Source: Saprolegnia diclina VS20
Taxonomy: Eukaryota
Assembly: GCF_000281045.1 (NCBI RefSeq)
Contig: NW_008246076.1
Span: forward strand, 62,001-126,000
Length of the DNA: 64,000 nucleotides
Reading direction: 5' to 3'
Position numbers and translations under genes: made by a program. Below are positions 1 to 13,000 of the stretch, piece by piece. The notes beneath the pieces were generated by a model. That model was not told the DNA's origin. It saw only the letters and a list, made by a program, of their open reading frames with translations, and made no database searches. Within the stretch, counting starts at the first letter, position 1, and each line of letters starts with the position of its first letter.

Positions 1-293
1 GGGTAGCGCCGGGTTGAGCGTTGTAACTTGGTACTGTGGGCCGGCGCAGTCGAGACCAAGGAAAGAACCAAGCTTTATTCCCTTGATCGAGAGGCATTAT
101 TATTCCTGTACTAGTAGTACCACATGGGTGGCTCAGCTCTGGGTTCGAGTCCCGTTGGCGCGTTACTTTTCGCAAGAGAGTATGTACCAGTTGAGCAATG
201 TTGTTGGTGCATTCCAGGCGGTACGACGCGTCTTGTGCAACAAAACAAAAAGACTATATAACTATACAAGACTATATTACGATACGACGCTGA

Positions 294-935
294 TTAGACG
301 GCCGTGAATGGCACCTCGTTCTCCGGTGTTGTCGTCGGCGATGTGGCGTCGACGGGCGCTGTGAAGCGCAGCTGCACCAAGAGACCACCGAGGAAGGCGA
401 CCGCGAGCGTGATTATGGTCACGGTGCCGTAGCCGCCCGAGCCAAAAGACAGCTCGTCGCGGTCAAAAGTGCGGTAACTGGTCGATGTCAAGGTCGCGAT
501 AGCACCCGCGAGGAGCCAAGCCCCTGCGAACGCCGACGAGAGAATCAGCGCCGTGCGCGAGTTGTAGCTCAGATACGCGACGACGATCGTAGCGACTGAA
601 ACGACAGCGACGAGCAGCGCGTAGTAGGTGTAGACGTCGGCGACGACGGCCGTTGCGACGGTGAATGCCGCAAGCGCGACGGTGCCAAAGCGGCCGGCGG
701 CAGGGAACCGCGCGGCGACACCGGCGGCAAGGACACCGATGGCGAGCGCGACGATCGTGCTCAGTAGGTCGCTGGCGGTGCGAAGGACGAGCAGACTCCA
801 GGCGGCGCCGAGGAGGAAGCTGGAGATTGCACCGGTCAACACTTGAAACTTGTAGCCGACAAAGGTGATCGGCAGTGCGAGCACGAGCACGATAATCGCG
901 AGAGCGGTGCCGAGCGTGCTGGGCGTATCGAGCAT
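294..935 (-). CDS. Multi-pass membrane protein, DUF4203/TMEM198-like
   Basis: Intact 213-aa ORF with about 7 hydrophobic helices; 'LPITFVGYKF..SFLLG' and 'LILSSAFAGAWLL' patterns typical of DUF4203. Confidence 0.7.
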   Translation of the reverse strand: MLDTPSTLGTALAIIVLVLALPITFVGYKFQVLTGAISSFLLGAAWSLLVLRTASDLLSTIVALAIGVLAAGVAARFPAAGRFGTVALAAFTVATAVVADVYTYYALLVAVVSVATIVVAYLSYNSRTALILSSAFAGAWLLAGAIATLTSTSYRTFDRDELSFGSGGYGTVTIITLAVAFLGGLLVQLRFTAPVDATSPTTTPENEVPFTAV

Positions 936-1518
936 AGTTGACGGTCTTGGCTTTGAGCAAGTTGGAAAATGACTCTCGGCGTATATTCATCGGGATACTA
1001 TGAAAAACATGTGGCAGAGGGTGTCCACCCCAGAATCACCAAGTCAGTCACCCACGCCGCGCGCCAACCAGAGCGACCGGTGATGACAGGTGGTCGTTAT
1101 TGGTCCTTGTAGGAGGCTGGTGGATGAGCGGACTTGTCGACTATAAGTCCTTTTGCACAGAGTCGAGGATACGGGTCGTCTGCGATAACGGGGCCTTGGG
1201 CGCGAGAGACTGAAAGAGCGGCTCGGGCCGTCTGATGCAGCGGTTGAGACGTGTGCAACGTTTTTGGCTCCTGGATTCTTATCGAGTTTGATGGGGCGCT
1301 CCCTGTTCCTCGCCAAAACTGATAAGAATCCAGGGGATTCCCTTGGATGCTGGACACGAGAGCATAGACGCAGCCTGAAGTGTCCTCGAGTTTGCTATCC
1401 TGTTGCATAATCGGGCTCCTCGTCCGTCGCCGCAGCCAGCTCTACCTTGCGTCTTGACTCCAGCTAACAGGATCGACAATGACCTCAATACAGTGTCTCG
1501 AAACAGTGTCTTGAAATC

Positions 1519-2112
1519 TCATTCTCGATTTAGCAACGCTGCGTTGGTCGATGTGGGCAGCAGGGGCACCGTCCGGAGAGTGCGGAGGCCATCGGGCGGC
1601 GCTGTGCACTTGATTTGGGCTCCAAGTCCAACGACAAAGAAGACGCCAAAGACAATCGCTGACGCGTAGTAGAGTCCTGCAAGCGACTGAGCCGTGAGGA
1701 CTAAGACGCCACTGGACGCAACCACCGCGCCGGTGAAGGCCAAGAGTCGACCGTCCCGTGCGTCGCCAGACGCAACGCCGAGCCCAACCGCTGCGACGCC
1801 CGCCACGATTGGCGCTGCGACAGCGCCAAGGCCGAGAAGGCCCCCGAAAAAGCTGACGAGTATGAACGCAGCGACGGCCACGGTGCAGAAGGCGCCAAAG
1901 CGCTCGCGAAGGCCGCCGCCGACCGCGATGGCGAGACCGAGGCCAAGCGCTACACCAAGCGGCGCGCCCAGCGTTGTTGCAACGACACCACCGAGAAGAA
2001 AGCCAGAGACGACACTTGTGTAGCGGGAATAGCGGCAGCCAGCGAGGAGCACGGGTAGCGCTAGGGCCAACGACGCGATGGCCGTCGCGAGGGCGGTGTC
2101 ATCGGTCGCCAT
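1519..2112 (-). CDS. DUF4203/TMEM198-like paralog
   Basis: From ATG 2112 (MATDDTAL): 'ALPVLLAGCRY..VSGFLLGG' and C-terminal 'QIKCTAP' align with the 294-935 protein. Confidence 0.65.
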   Translation of the reverse strand: MATDDTALATAIASLALALPVLLAGCRYSRYTSVVSGFLLGGVVATTLGAPLGVALGLGLAIAVGGGLRERFGAFCTVAVAAFILVSFFGGLLGLGAVAAPIVAGVAAVGLGVASGDARDGRLLAFTGAVVASSGVLVLTAQSLAGLYYASAIVFGVFFVVGLGAQIKCTAPPDGLRTLRTVPLLPTSTNAALLNRE

Positions 2113-2329
2113 TTTAGTTTCAACGGCGGACACGCCAGTGTCGCACGGGAGTGGGACTGCGAAGTGACACCAATGGAAACCGCGCAATGCCATACACTAC
2201 GTGTACCGCTAGTGCTCTGTAGTCGGAACGTCAAGTATTAACCCTCCCAGACCTAACTGCGGATAATAGATAGTTATACAAAAAGCAAAGGCTAAACAGC
2301 TGCACACGGAGCCGTGCGAGGCGTCTTGT

Positions 2330-2653
2330 GGGTGGGTCGTCGCCGGGGCCGTGAAGTGCACCAAGCGACCACCTAGGAACACCAGTGGTGCGAGTGAAGA
2401 GGGCCGTCATGACGTCCGTGTCCGTATCAACCGAACGAGTCTCATTGCTCGTCACCATCCAAATCGCAATAACCGATACGAGCCCCCGAAAGCCGACGCG
2501 AGAATCAACGGCAGTGGCGAGTTGAAGCTCAGCGACGCAAGAGCCACCGTGACGCCCGATGACGATGAGCGCGTAGTCGATGTGGATGTTGGCGACAAAA
2601 GCCTGGGAGACCAAAAGCACCGCGAGCGCCAAAGCTGCCCGCTGCACCAGCAA
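2330..2653 (-). pseudogene. Frameshifted DUF4203-like pseudogene fragment
   Basis: Segments in different frames ('AFVANIHIDYALIVI', 'VALASLSFNSPLPLILASAFGGSY', 'LVFLGGRLVHFTAP') match the 294-935 protein ('VVADVYTYYALLV', 'VAYLSYNSRTALILSSAFAGAW', 'AFLGGLLVQLRFTAP'). Confidence 0.65.
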
Positions 2654-3008
2654 ACGTCCTATCGCTCATTCTCGCATTCGTTTTGGGGCGGCTGGCCGCG
2701 ACGTCTACGCAGCCATCGTGGTCGCCTCGGCGCTGGCTGGCGCTCGTCACAACAGTATGTATGGTGGGGACATATACCCCCGTTGCTCTGCATACTTCTC
2801 GGTCTTGGGGCTCTCAGGTGCATCGTACAAGTCAAGCTCACGTCGCCACTGCCGCCAGAACCCTAACCCCAGCGGCTCCAACTCGCACTACATTGATCGA
2901 CGACGTATTGTCAGTTTTGTTGATCTATCGCACGCGTCGCGTACTAGACTTACTAGACGAAGTCAACACCCACGATTCTCATTTATAAATACGAGGCTAC
3001 TAGTTGCC

Positions 3009-5944
3009 TCATGCATAATGTTGCTGTTGCGTCTGCGCACTACGGAACGAGCTCATCGAGTACATGCCGTAGGGCTGGCCAAACGACGTGGGCCCGACCG
3101 CTGCGGCAACCGACGACGAGCCCGAGTAGCGGGACGACGGCACATGGTCGAGTACGAGGTGCGACCCGGTAAAGTCCGAGGCGACCATCGTCGGTGCCCG
3201 CGCCGGCGGCGGAGTCTGGAAGCTCATCATCGGTTGCTGGCCCGCCGAGCTCAGCGACTCGCGCTGACTCAGTGGCAGCTGCGAATGCTTCTTCTCGAGC
3301 TGCTTGTGCTTCTCCTCGAGATGCGGCGGCGGCTTCTTGCCCTGGATGACGACGGCGACGACGTGGTCCCGGAACCGGTTGGCGTACTGCTTGGGGTCGA
3401 CGCACGAGATGCCTTGGCGGTCCTTGCACTGCAAGTAGACGCGGAACCAGTGCTCGAGCTGTTTGCGAATGCTCCACGGCGTCAAAATGTCAATGATACC
3501 GAGGTACACGACACAGTCTTCCGCGCGGTGCTGATACAGCTGCGGCGTCGGTGAGCTCGAGATTTTGTCGAGGCTCGTGCCCTTCCCAAACCCATTCTTG
3601 TTCCCAGCATGTTTGGTGTCCTGCAGCAGCACCACCTGATGACTGGTCACAGTACACACATCGAGAGAGAGCCTACCTCGGTGACGTTGCTGACGCACGA
3701 AGAGTCGGGCGACGCCATCGCTTCGTACTCGATGTGGTCCTTGAGGTAGATGGGCTGGTGGACACCGTCCCGGGACTCGTCGTCGTGGTCGTGAAACACG
3801 TAGCTTGGCGTCGCGTTGTCGTTCTGCGGCGGCGTGCTCGCGCTGTACGGAACCGGTCGCGGCGGCCGCGGCAGCCCCACCGTGTGCAACCCCACCATGA
3901 GCGAGTAGTCGATCGAGTTGATCGAGCGCAAAAACTCGCTGTCCGTGTTGAGCTGCGTCGCAATTTTGTCGGCGAGCTCGTTGTCGAGCGAGATCTGGCG
4001 CGACGCCCAGTTGAGGTCCTTGCCACAACTACATAGCACATGTCAGATTTGTTTCAGATTGCAAAAGGGCGCGGTACATCTCTTGCGTGTGGCCTTGGTT
4101 GGGAAACGGGTTCATCTTGCAGAGCTCTTGGGTCATGCCAACGACAAACTCCATGCCGCAGTACTTGCAGACCTTCCGGACCCCTTGGGCCATCGGGTCA
4201 TCGTACCTACGTCGCTATAAGTCTACGTTATGCAGGAGTTCACGTTTACCGGCCGACGTAGCTGCCTTTGAGATCAAAGAACTCGTCGACGTCCACGGAC
4301 GGGTTTTGCATGACGTTGGCCAGCACGATGAAGCGCACAGTCTGGTCGTACACGATGAGGTCGTAGCAGCCGACATATCTAGTCCATGCCTCTCAGATCT
4401 GAGTGGTCGCCGTCGCAGAGTGTACCGTGAGAGGAACGAGTTGGGGAAGGACGTCAAATGGCGAATGTACTGCGGTAGAATCTGCAGCAAGTACTGCTGC
4501 TCGGCCTGCGTGCACGTCTTGAGGATGAAGCGCTGGTCTCCTATTACATGTAATTTGTGACAATTTGACGGCATCGAGCCAAAAGGTACCGGTAAAATAG
4601 AGGAAGGCGCCCGACTTGCCCTCGCTAAACCGCTCGCGCGTGTGGACGCTCATCGAGCGCACGAACGACTCGGTGGAGATGCCCGAGATGCGCCGAATCT
4701 CATCGAACGAGTCGGCCTCGTAGTCGCGGAAGACGGCGCGGTGCGACTCGGTGCGGCCGACGAGCTCGAGGCTCCGCACGGCGTACTTGCTCTGGTCGAC
4801 ATCGGGCACGAGCTGCACGGACGGCGACATGGACTCGCAGATGCCCATGCTACCATACTTTCAGATTCAAATTGACTTTGAGATCGAGATGTACCGCGCA
4901 AAGTAGAGCACGTCGCGGCGAAGGACCCAGTTGACGCCCTGGACCTTCATGAGCGGGTCGTAGTCGCCGATGCGCCAGAGGTGAAAGACCGAGCCGACGC
5001 GCATGATGTGGCAGTAGAGACCCGCTATGACGAGACCCTTGGACGCGAACATGAGGCTCCAGAACGCGTAGAGCGGGTCGGTGACGTCGTCGAGGCCAGC
5101 GCCGTAGAGGATGATGAGCGAGCCAAAACCGACGATGAACCAGTAGAGCGCCGAGACACCGACGTAGAGCTTCATCTGGCGCAGCGAGAGCGTCCGGGCC
5201 GCCGACGTCGACGTGTCGTCGTACCCGTCGTTGATGCGGTTCCTTGCGACGATAAAGAGCATGAAGCCGACGCCGTAGATCATGGCCAATGGCGCGACGA
5301 GGTAGCTACGCAGCATGAGCAAGGCGACATGAGAAGGAAGAGACCCTACATGCACACAAAGACGTAGGCGTTCGGGTGGCTCGCGTTGAACCAGCAGACG
5401 CCGAGCGGCGATGCGCCGGGTACCGCGCCGTCGGATGAGAAGATGTACGCCCAGACCGCGCCGGTCGTGCCCACGATGAGGTGGTAGTAGAGCGTGCGAA
5501 AGTACGAGAATGGATTGCGCGTCGTGATGTAAAGGTCGACGGTCATCATGGCGAGGTAGAGCTCTTGGACGATGACAAGAAACTACAAGCGCAGAATGAG
5601 CCCTGGGGCCGCAGGGGCGAGCGTACCTCGGTCGTCGTGCCAATTTCGACGCAGTGGCCGAGCGTGGGCACGGAGGGCATGTCGAAGCCTGTCTGTAGGA
5701 TCATCGAGAGGTGCATAGCCATGGCGAAGAGCGCCATCCAGAGCACGAGGTTCGAGGGCGACTTGCGCAGGGGCATGAAGAGGAGGTAGCTCATGACGAC
5801 GAAGAAGCAGCCCGTGAGCGACGCCATGGTCAGGACGGACCGGAGGATGGTCACGGTACTGCCCATGCTGCTGCTCGTACCGGGGCCAAGGAGGAAGCGG
5901 TTGTCTGCCAACGCTCGCAGCGTCCTATCGTCTTCCCGGCCCAT
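3009..5944 (-). CDS. GPCR-PIPK: N-terminal 7TM receptor domain fused to a phosphatidylinositol-phosphate kinase (multi-exon)
   Basis: Hydrophobic helices at 4900-5870, then PIPK motifs EGKSGAFLYFT, DQRFILKT, FDLKG, DYSLMVG, YLGIIDILTPW and ISCVDPKQYANRF. Confidence 0.92.
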
Positions 5945-7559
5945 GCTCTGGCGACTCGTGTTGGTAATGCTGCCCAGCCGGTGCGACCACTTTTTAATTC
6001 TATATTTTATTCTCACTGGATAATTGTATCCAAGTGCGTATATTTTTTAAACACACTCCACCCGACGCTTGGATCTTGTCGTGAGATCGACTAAGTGGAC
6101 AGGAACGACTAACTACATGCCACCGTCTTCAAGTACACTGTACGACGCCCGTGCAAGGGCTCGAGCCCCACCGCCAAGCGAGTGACTACTAGCTCAGAGG
6201 AAGAAGCTTAGACGAACGTCGAGAGTGGCGCCAGCAGGGCACCCAACGGGTCAGTTGATTGCCGGGCCTAAACTGGTCCGACGCCGCATAGCAATGCAAA
6301 GGAGGTCCAAGCACCTGCAACCTTGCAGCTGCGACCGCGCGGATGGGCAGCGAGCGTCAAGCATTGCAGCTGGTTCCTTCCGTCTTCTACTCTTTGGTGT
6401 ATTTGATTCGCCACAGTTAGTCGATCGTCTAGTAGTTCTTGGCGAGAAAGGTCGTCTCGTTGATCATGGATTCTGCGTACAGTGTAGGTGGCGAGCACCG
6501 AATCGGGCCAAAATCTGGTCCGTGCGTTCAGAAAAGTGGTTCGGAGCTTCTCAGATCGGGTCGACTGACCACTTTGATGCGTGGAGGAGCGACACCTGTC
6601 CGACGTGCCATGCGCACACGTCCGCAAGGTCCTTGTGCCAACATGGCTCGTACCGTAACCGCCTAATACATACTAGAGTCCTCGACGTTTCTACTGAAAA
6701 TGGCTAGTCATCAGTCTCGATGGACGATCGCGCCGCCTATCGACGGTCAGGAAGCCCCAGGCCACCGTACCAGTGTCGTCTCACTCGTTGCTTTGCGGCC
6801 TTCGCCCCGCGGTGCTTCTCGGACCAGATGCAGATGACGCCACCATAAACTCCGATGCAATGGCGTGCGTCCCTACATCTCAAGGTACTCCTTTGCTAGA
6901 TACTTTCACGCGTTGTTCTGCTAAATCTGTGCAGAATCTGCACCGCATCTCGGTCGGGGGCCGCACCCTTGACAACTGCGCGAGTACCTTCGAGTGCTGA
7001 GGCTCTCGACGTGTCGAGCTGCTCGGAGCTGCAAGCGCCGTCGCTGCTGTTCAACGCACCGACGCTGGCCGTGCATCAGTCAGTGCCCTCAGTAACCAGC
7101 TCTCAGGTAGTCGTAGGGTACTTTGTCGTAAGGTAAAGATATCGGAGGCGTGGACAGGTCTCGAGCGCTTACGGTAGACGCTCACAACGTGCAGGCGGTC
7201 GTTGTCTCGGTCCCGCGGCCACTGCGTCGTCTGCGCTTGGTGCACGCACCCTGTCGCCTCAGCCAGGCGTTAGCCAGGCGTGTTTGACACCACGCTGCCC
7301 GTGCGTCTCTCGTAGCATCAAGGACCATATCACTACAGTGGCTTTGCGTAGGGACTCTGGCATTGCGCTTGGCCGGACCATCGATCTCTCTCGCAGCTGG
7401 TGAGACGTTGGCTGCACCCTGCGCTCACCGTGGCGCGAGGTATTCGCCGAGTCCAGCGGCTGCATTTTGCGACGGTCACCTGCTGCGACCGAGCGTGATC
7501 CTGCACAGCTGTGCATTCCGCACCTTAGACTATCGCACAAGACACGCTCGTGTTGGTTC

Positions 7560-8407
7560 TTAAGTGGCGTAATTTCGGCGGCCAAAGATCGTCGAGCCGA
7601 CGCGCACGTACGTGCTGCCGTGCGCAATCTAGTTGCACGCAACGTTTTGAGAATGAACCAAACAGATCGACGTACCGCCGATTCAAAGTCGTCCGACATG
7701 CCCATACTGAGTGCGAGCGCCGCCTCGTCGATGCCCAAGGCAACGCTAATCTCCTGGCGGCAGGCCACGAGCTTGAGAAAGCAGTCGTCCGTCTCGTCGT
7801 CGAAGCGGCCGATTGTCATCAGCCCCTGGAAAGCCAAATTGGCGCAGCTCGTCTTGATGTGCGAGGCGAGCGCGACGCAGTCCTCGGGCGCGACGCCGCT
7901 CTTTTGCTCCTCGCCCGACGTGTTGACCTGCACGAGCACGGGCAGCGGCTTGCCCGTGCCCTTCATCGCCCACGCCGAGTCGAGCTTGTTGGCGAGCTTC
8001 ACCGAGTCGACGCTCTCAACCATAAAGAGGTTCGGCACTCCCGTGATAAGCGTCTTGACCTTGTTGGACTGCAAGTGGCCGATGAAATGCCACTGGATAT
8101 CGGCCGGGCACAGCGGCGCCTTCTCGACCAGTTCCTGGATCTATCGAGACACCTCAGGACGCTTAGCGCATGGGCGGCGACGTACGTAGTTTTCGCCAAA
8201 GTGGCGCTGGCCTTGGTTGTACGCCTCCTCGACGTCGGCGACGGGCTTGGTCTTGCTCACCGCGACCAAGGTACACTAGTCGCAAGCGCAGGATGAGCTA
8301 GCGCCACGGCGAGGGCGACGAGCGGCTACCTGCTGCTTCCATGGGCTTGCGGCGAGGGCTTCCGCCACCTTGGCCCGGACGTGCTGCAAGTTGCGCGAGA
8401 CCGACAT
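7560..8407 (-). CDS. PLPBP: Pyridoxal phosphate homeostasis protein (YggS/PROSC family), multi-exon
   Basis: [53 protein letters not shown] and [13 protein letters not shown] motifs. Confidence 0.95.
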
Positions 8408-8774
8408 GCTTCGCCTCGGGTTTGGCGAATAATGGCGTGACGGTTTTTGGTGTTTCAACCAATCACGTCTCTGCAGCCCCGTGGGAGGTCGGACAGGTAT
8501 TTCAACGATTTCGTATTTTAATGATAACGTGTGATTTTAGCTCACGCAATATATGCCACAAAAACCAAATGTATTTAAATACACGCGGCGTTTCGACTGG
8601 ATTTGAATTGTATTTCAGCCAATCCTCGCGCGCTGCGGCACGCGTTAAACGCGAGCGATCTGGGGTCGACTTCTGTGCTCTTCCTGCGTTTTGGGGCTTT
8701 AACTCGATAGGTAAAATACGTTAAAGGGACAGCCAATCCGTGGCAGCGGAAATCGTTGCCAAACAACAAGCCCG

Positions 8775-9953
8775 ATGTTCGTGCAGAAGGACCTGCGGAA
8801 GATCCCGGCCATCATGGTCGACGAGAACGACTCGCGCGAGGAGCTGCGGCTTGGGCGCCGGTCCGCCGAGTTCCTCGGCAGCCTCAAGGTGCTTTGCTCG
8901 CTCGACAACCTCCCGGCCTTTGGCAACCTTCGCCGCCTGTCGCTCTACGACAACCAGTTGCACAGCGTCGACGTACTCGATACCGATATAACCATCATGG
9001 CCTTAGCCCCATGAACGTAGCGCATCGGTATCCTCGCCAACACACCGCTGGCCGTGCTGGACCTCGGCTACAACCACTTGACGTCGCTGCCCGCCGAGGT
9101 ACGCTCGTGGCTTCCAGACGAACCTTGACCATGGGTGGCTACGAAGATTGGCGCGCTCAAGAACCTCGAAGAGCTTTGGGTCACCAACAACGACCTCGAG
9201 ACGATTCCCGATGTATTCGCTAGCACGTGGATGGTGTGGGCGATGCTCATGCAGCGGAATGCCTAGTCGATTCTGGCGCTGCCCAAGCTGCGCATGCTGC
9301 AACTCTCCAACAACAAGCTCACGCACGTACCTGCCAACTTGGGCGAGGCTTCGAACCTGCAAGTGCTCGTACGAGTCGCAATATTTCGTCGTCGGGTGCT
9401 AGCATGTTCATGTATGTAGTCGCTGGACAACAACAAGCTCACGAGTCTTCCGGCGTCGGTCGGTCAGCTGCACGCGCTTCGCGACTTGAACCTCCGGTAT
9501 TCGCTGATACCCGTGTTTTGCTCACGCCCAAGGACGTAGCGGCAACCAGCTGACAGAGCTGCCCGACGCAGTTGGGTCGCTTCAGAGCCTCGAGATTCTG
9601 TCGGTCAACTCGAACCAACTCACACGCTTGCCGGCGTGTTTGGATAACCTCACGCAACTCAAGGCACTCTACGCCAACGGGAATGCCCTCACAGCGTGGC
9701 CCGACCAGGCATTTGTGCACCGCGACGCCAGTGTCGGTGCGTCATCATACACTAGTATCAACTTATCAAGTTTGACATTCTAGGGATGCGCGTAAACTTT
9801 GCCGCGACCAAGATCCTCGAGATCCCCGCAGCGATTCAGTCGTCATGGGTCGTCCTCACCCACTTGCACATTACGGACGCCGATACCAAGACAGATGACA
9901 AGCACGTCGTCATCCTGAGCGGCACGCCGTACGCGGCGGCGCTGAAAAAATAG
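8775..9953 (+). CDS. Leucine-rich repeat protein (multi-exon)
   Basis: Repeated LxxLxLxxNxL units (LRRLSLYDNQL, LAVLDLGYNHL, LEELWVTNNDL, LRMLQLSNNKL) separated by short GT-AG introns. Confidence 0.85.
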
Positions 9954-10033
9954 TGTATTGCTTAGTTTCAACTTTGTATCAACCGCGCCTTGCCGTAATT
10001 ATGAGTGGCCTTTGCTAATCGTAGGATACGATC

Positions 10034-13000
10034 TTAGGTCGACCAGCACTTGACGGCAGTCTTCTCGAACGTCACTTGCCCGTGCGGGTTGATGCTGGGA
10101 CGAGGAAAGAGGGTCTTGGACGCTTTGAACGCCGCGACGGACGAGATCGTATTGTCGTCGGTGGCGTCAACGGCGTCGACGAACGCGCGGCCGTGGACAT
10201 GGACCGCGACCATGGCGGCGGCCCCCGGTGCTATAAAGGTGTCGTAGAAGCTGACGACGTCGGCCAAGTGCAGCGTCTGCAGCAGCATGGCGTCGTTGGC
10301 GTTCGTAATACGTGGCGGCAGATGCAGCAAGATGTTGGTCCATACCCGCGACGTCTCCTGCACGAGCGTCGTCGGCCCCTGGAGCCACGACTGGACCAGC
10401 GTCTGAATGTGTTTCTACCATTACATGAGTCATCTAAAGTAGAGGAACGTGGGCCAACTTGGAACGTGGCGAGCGGGAGATCGAGAAGGAACTGGCGGCA
10501 GCGCGCGTGGAAGGCGTCGATGCGCCCTTGCACGTACGCAGGGCTGTACGTCGACGACTCGACGACAACCGAGTAGTACAATATGTTGCCCATCGTCGCG
10601 AGTCCGCTGTAGACTAGAAAAATACGAAAAATACAATAATAAGAAAAATACGAAACAATATGACTATACCCGTGTAGCCCAGCTGCTCGTCGGTGCGCAG
10701 CGTGGCAAAGCAGAGGTCCATTGTGAGCTGGGCAAAGAGCGCGGCGCAGTTGGTCCAGTACGCATTCGGCGCGAGTGCCGCCGTGAGCGGCGTGATCTGA
10801 TACAACGCCCGGACCACCGAGTTCGTGTTCTCGGCATTCCGCGCCGCCACCTACGTGGAGCCATGAGCCCCTCCATGGCCCGGTCGATCGACCTTGTAGA
10901 TCGAGGTGGACGCGGGCGGCAGGGCCACGATGCGCGAGTAGCTCATGAAATCAAGCGGCAACGCGGCCGACGGCGTCGCTTGCACGTGCGCCTGGATATC
11001 GTCGAGCCACTCGGTGGCGGCGGCCTAGCCATTATTCCTGTGCTATGGACCGCCATGTCGCATAGCCCATGCATGTACCGCCGAGAGGTTGCCGTGTACG
11101 AGCGCCGTGATGTGGCACTGTCGGAAGAGGTGGCGCGCCATCGACTGAAATTCCGAGAACGTCCACGTCGTGATGGCCGTCGCGAGGTCGGGGACGCTGG
11201 CAAAGTAGGCGTAGAGCAGCTCCTTGGACGCCCACTCGGCGTGCGTCTGCGGGTCCATCGCGCTCTCGAGGTTGTCGTACTTGCGGCGCAGCGACTCGTG
11301 CACGCGGAGGTACAGCGCCTCCGAGACAGCGCATGACGTCATCGTCTCAAGAATGTGGCGCGTCAGCTTGGGCGCCGTCTCGCGAAAGCCATCGACCGTC
11401 AGCGTCAGCGACGTGACGCCTAGCCGTATTCAGTGTGACGGTCGTCCGAGGTACGAGTACCTTCGTGCAAGTGGTAGCTGAGGCCGGCGCGCGACGCATC
11501 GTACGCGATAGCATTGAGAGCTTCGTGCATGCATTCGACATATACATCCTAGCAATCCAAATATCCCGAAATCTAAAAAACACGGCGCATTTACCGTAAA
11601 GATGGACGAGTGCGGGTTCATGCTCAGCGCCCCCGACGTGAACCGGAGAGAGAGGTAGACTTTGGGCTGCTTGTACGTGTAGTCGACGACGTGCCAACAC
11701 CGACAGTGCGCGTCGTTGCGCAAAAGCGTCGGGGTCGGCGACTCGTTCGCCTAGATACACTATTTGAGAACCACCCTTGAACCAGACAGTATGGCTTACC
11801 AAGTCCACCATCGAGAGATCGTTTGGGATAAAGGCGTTGGGGCTGTACAGCGCCATGTCGGGGTGTGGCGAAGCACAGGCCCACGCGTCGAGCAGCGCCG
11901 GATCGAGCGCCTCGACGCTGTACTTGGTGCCATACCTACGCCGTCCCCGAGATTACATTATCAATCTATCAATGGGTCGATACCAAGGCTCGGTGCTCGT
12001 CGCGCTGGACGCGTATCCCGCGCTGACCGAGACGAGGAGGAGGTTGGACGGCACAAGCGCCGCTAAAGTCGCGTCGTAGTCGGCCACGTTGAGCTCCGTC
12101 TCATCGAGGTCCCCCGTGACGCAAAACCGGGGTGGAAACAAGTGCAGTCGGGACGCGAGGTGGGCGCAGTAGCTCGACGGGTCCTCCTTCTCGTGAAACT
12201 GAACGTCGAGCAGAAGAAGCGCGAGGTACTCGCGCACGCGCCAGCGCAACGCGGGAAGCGGATCCGTGCGCACGAGAGCAATCATTTCAAACGTGCGCGC
12301 CACCTGGTTGAAGTCCATCCGATAAAGTCATTTTTGTTTGGTGGTACCATCTCGTCCAGATGCGCGAGGCCGTCGTCGGTGCAGTCGATCGAGATGGTGA
12401 AGAACGTCCACTCGACCTCGTCGTTGAAGACACCGGCCGAGAGCGTATTGGCCCAGTGCTGCGCCTTGAAGTAGGCAAGCAACGACCCGGCGCCTTCGTG
12501 GCCTACATTTCTTTGTTAGAGAATGGCAAATCAGACGTGTCGACCGAGGAGTTCGCCCAAGAGAGTATGCGCGTCCACGCCATAGACAGTTGGCGAGAGC
12601 GGCGGGACAGGAAACAGAAGGTGCACGAGATGCTGGTCCATCACCGGGACGATCTTGACATGGCGGCGAAGCTGCGACGGCGCGTACGGCTGCTCGCCGT
12701 CGACGTTGAAGAGGATCGGGCATGGACTGGAGGCGGTCTCGGCCAAGTTGCGGCAACCAGGGTGACAATTGCACGCTTCAGACGCAGGAATGTCGCTGAA
12801 GAGAGCCGTGGCCATGGCTTGCAGCGTCTGTACATCTAGTCGTCGAGGATGGCACCTCGCCGTGTTGAGAGCGCGTACCTTCTTTGCCGACAATGACGAG
12901 CTTCATGCGACCGGCCGTGTAGTAGTTGGCATAGTAGGTCAAGAGCGCGTCGCGGACATGCGGCTGGTTGAGCGTCTCGAACGAGCCCGTGCCAAACTTG

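Noticed and set aside
2580..3554. Long antisense ORFs here and opposite many other genes
   Set aside because: They are shadow ORFs caused by GC-rich codon usage on the opposite strand
6100..7500. Short ORFs between GPCR-PIPK and PLPBP
   Set aside because: No recognisable motif or consistent exon chain; may be a decayed gene but cannot be supported
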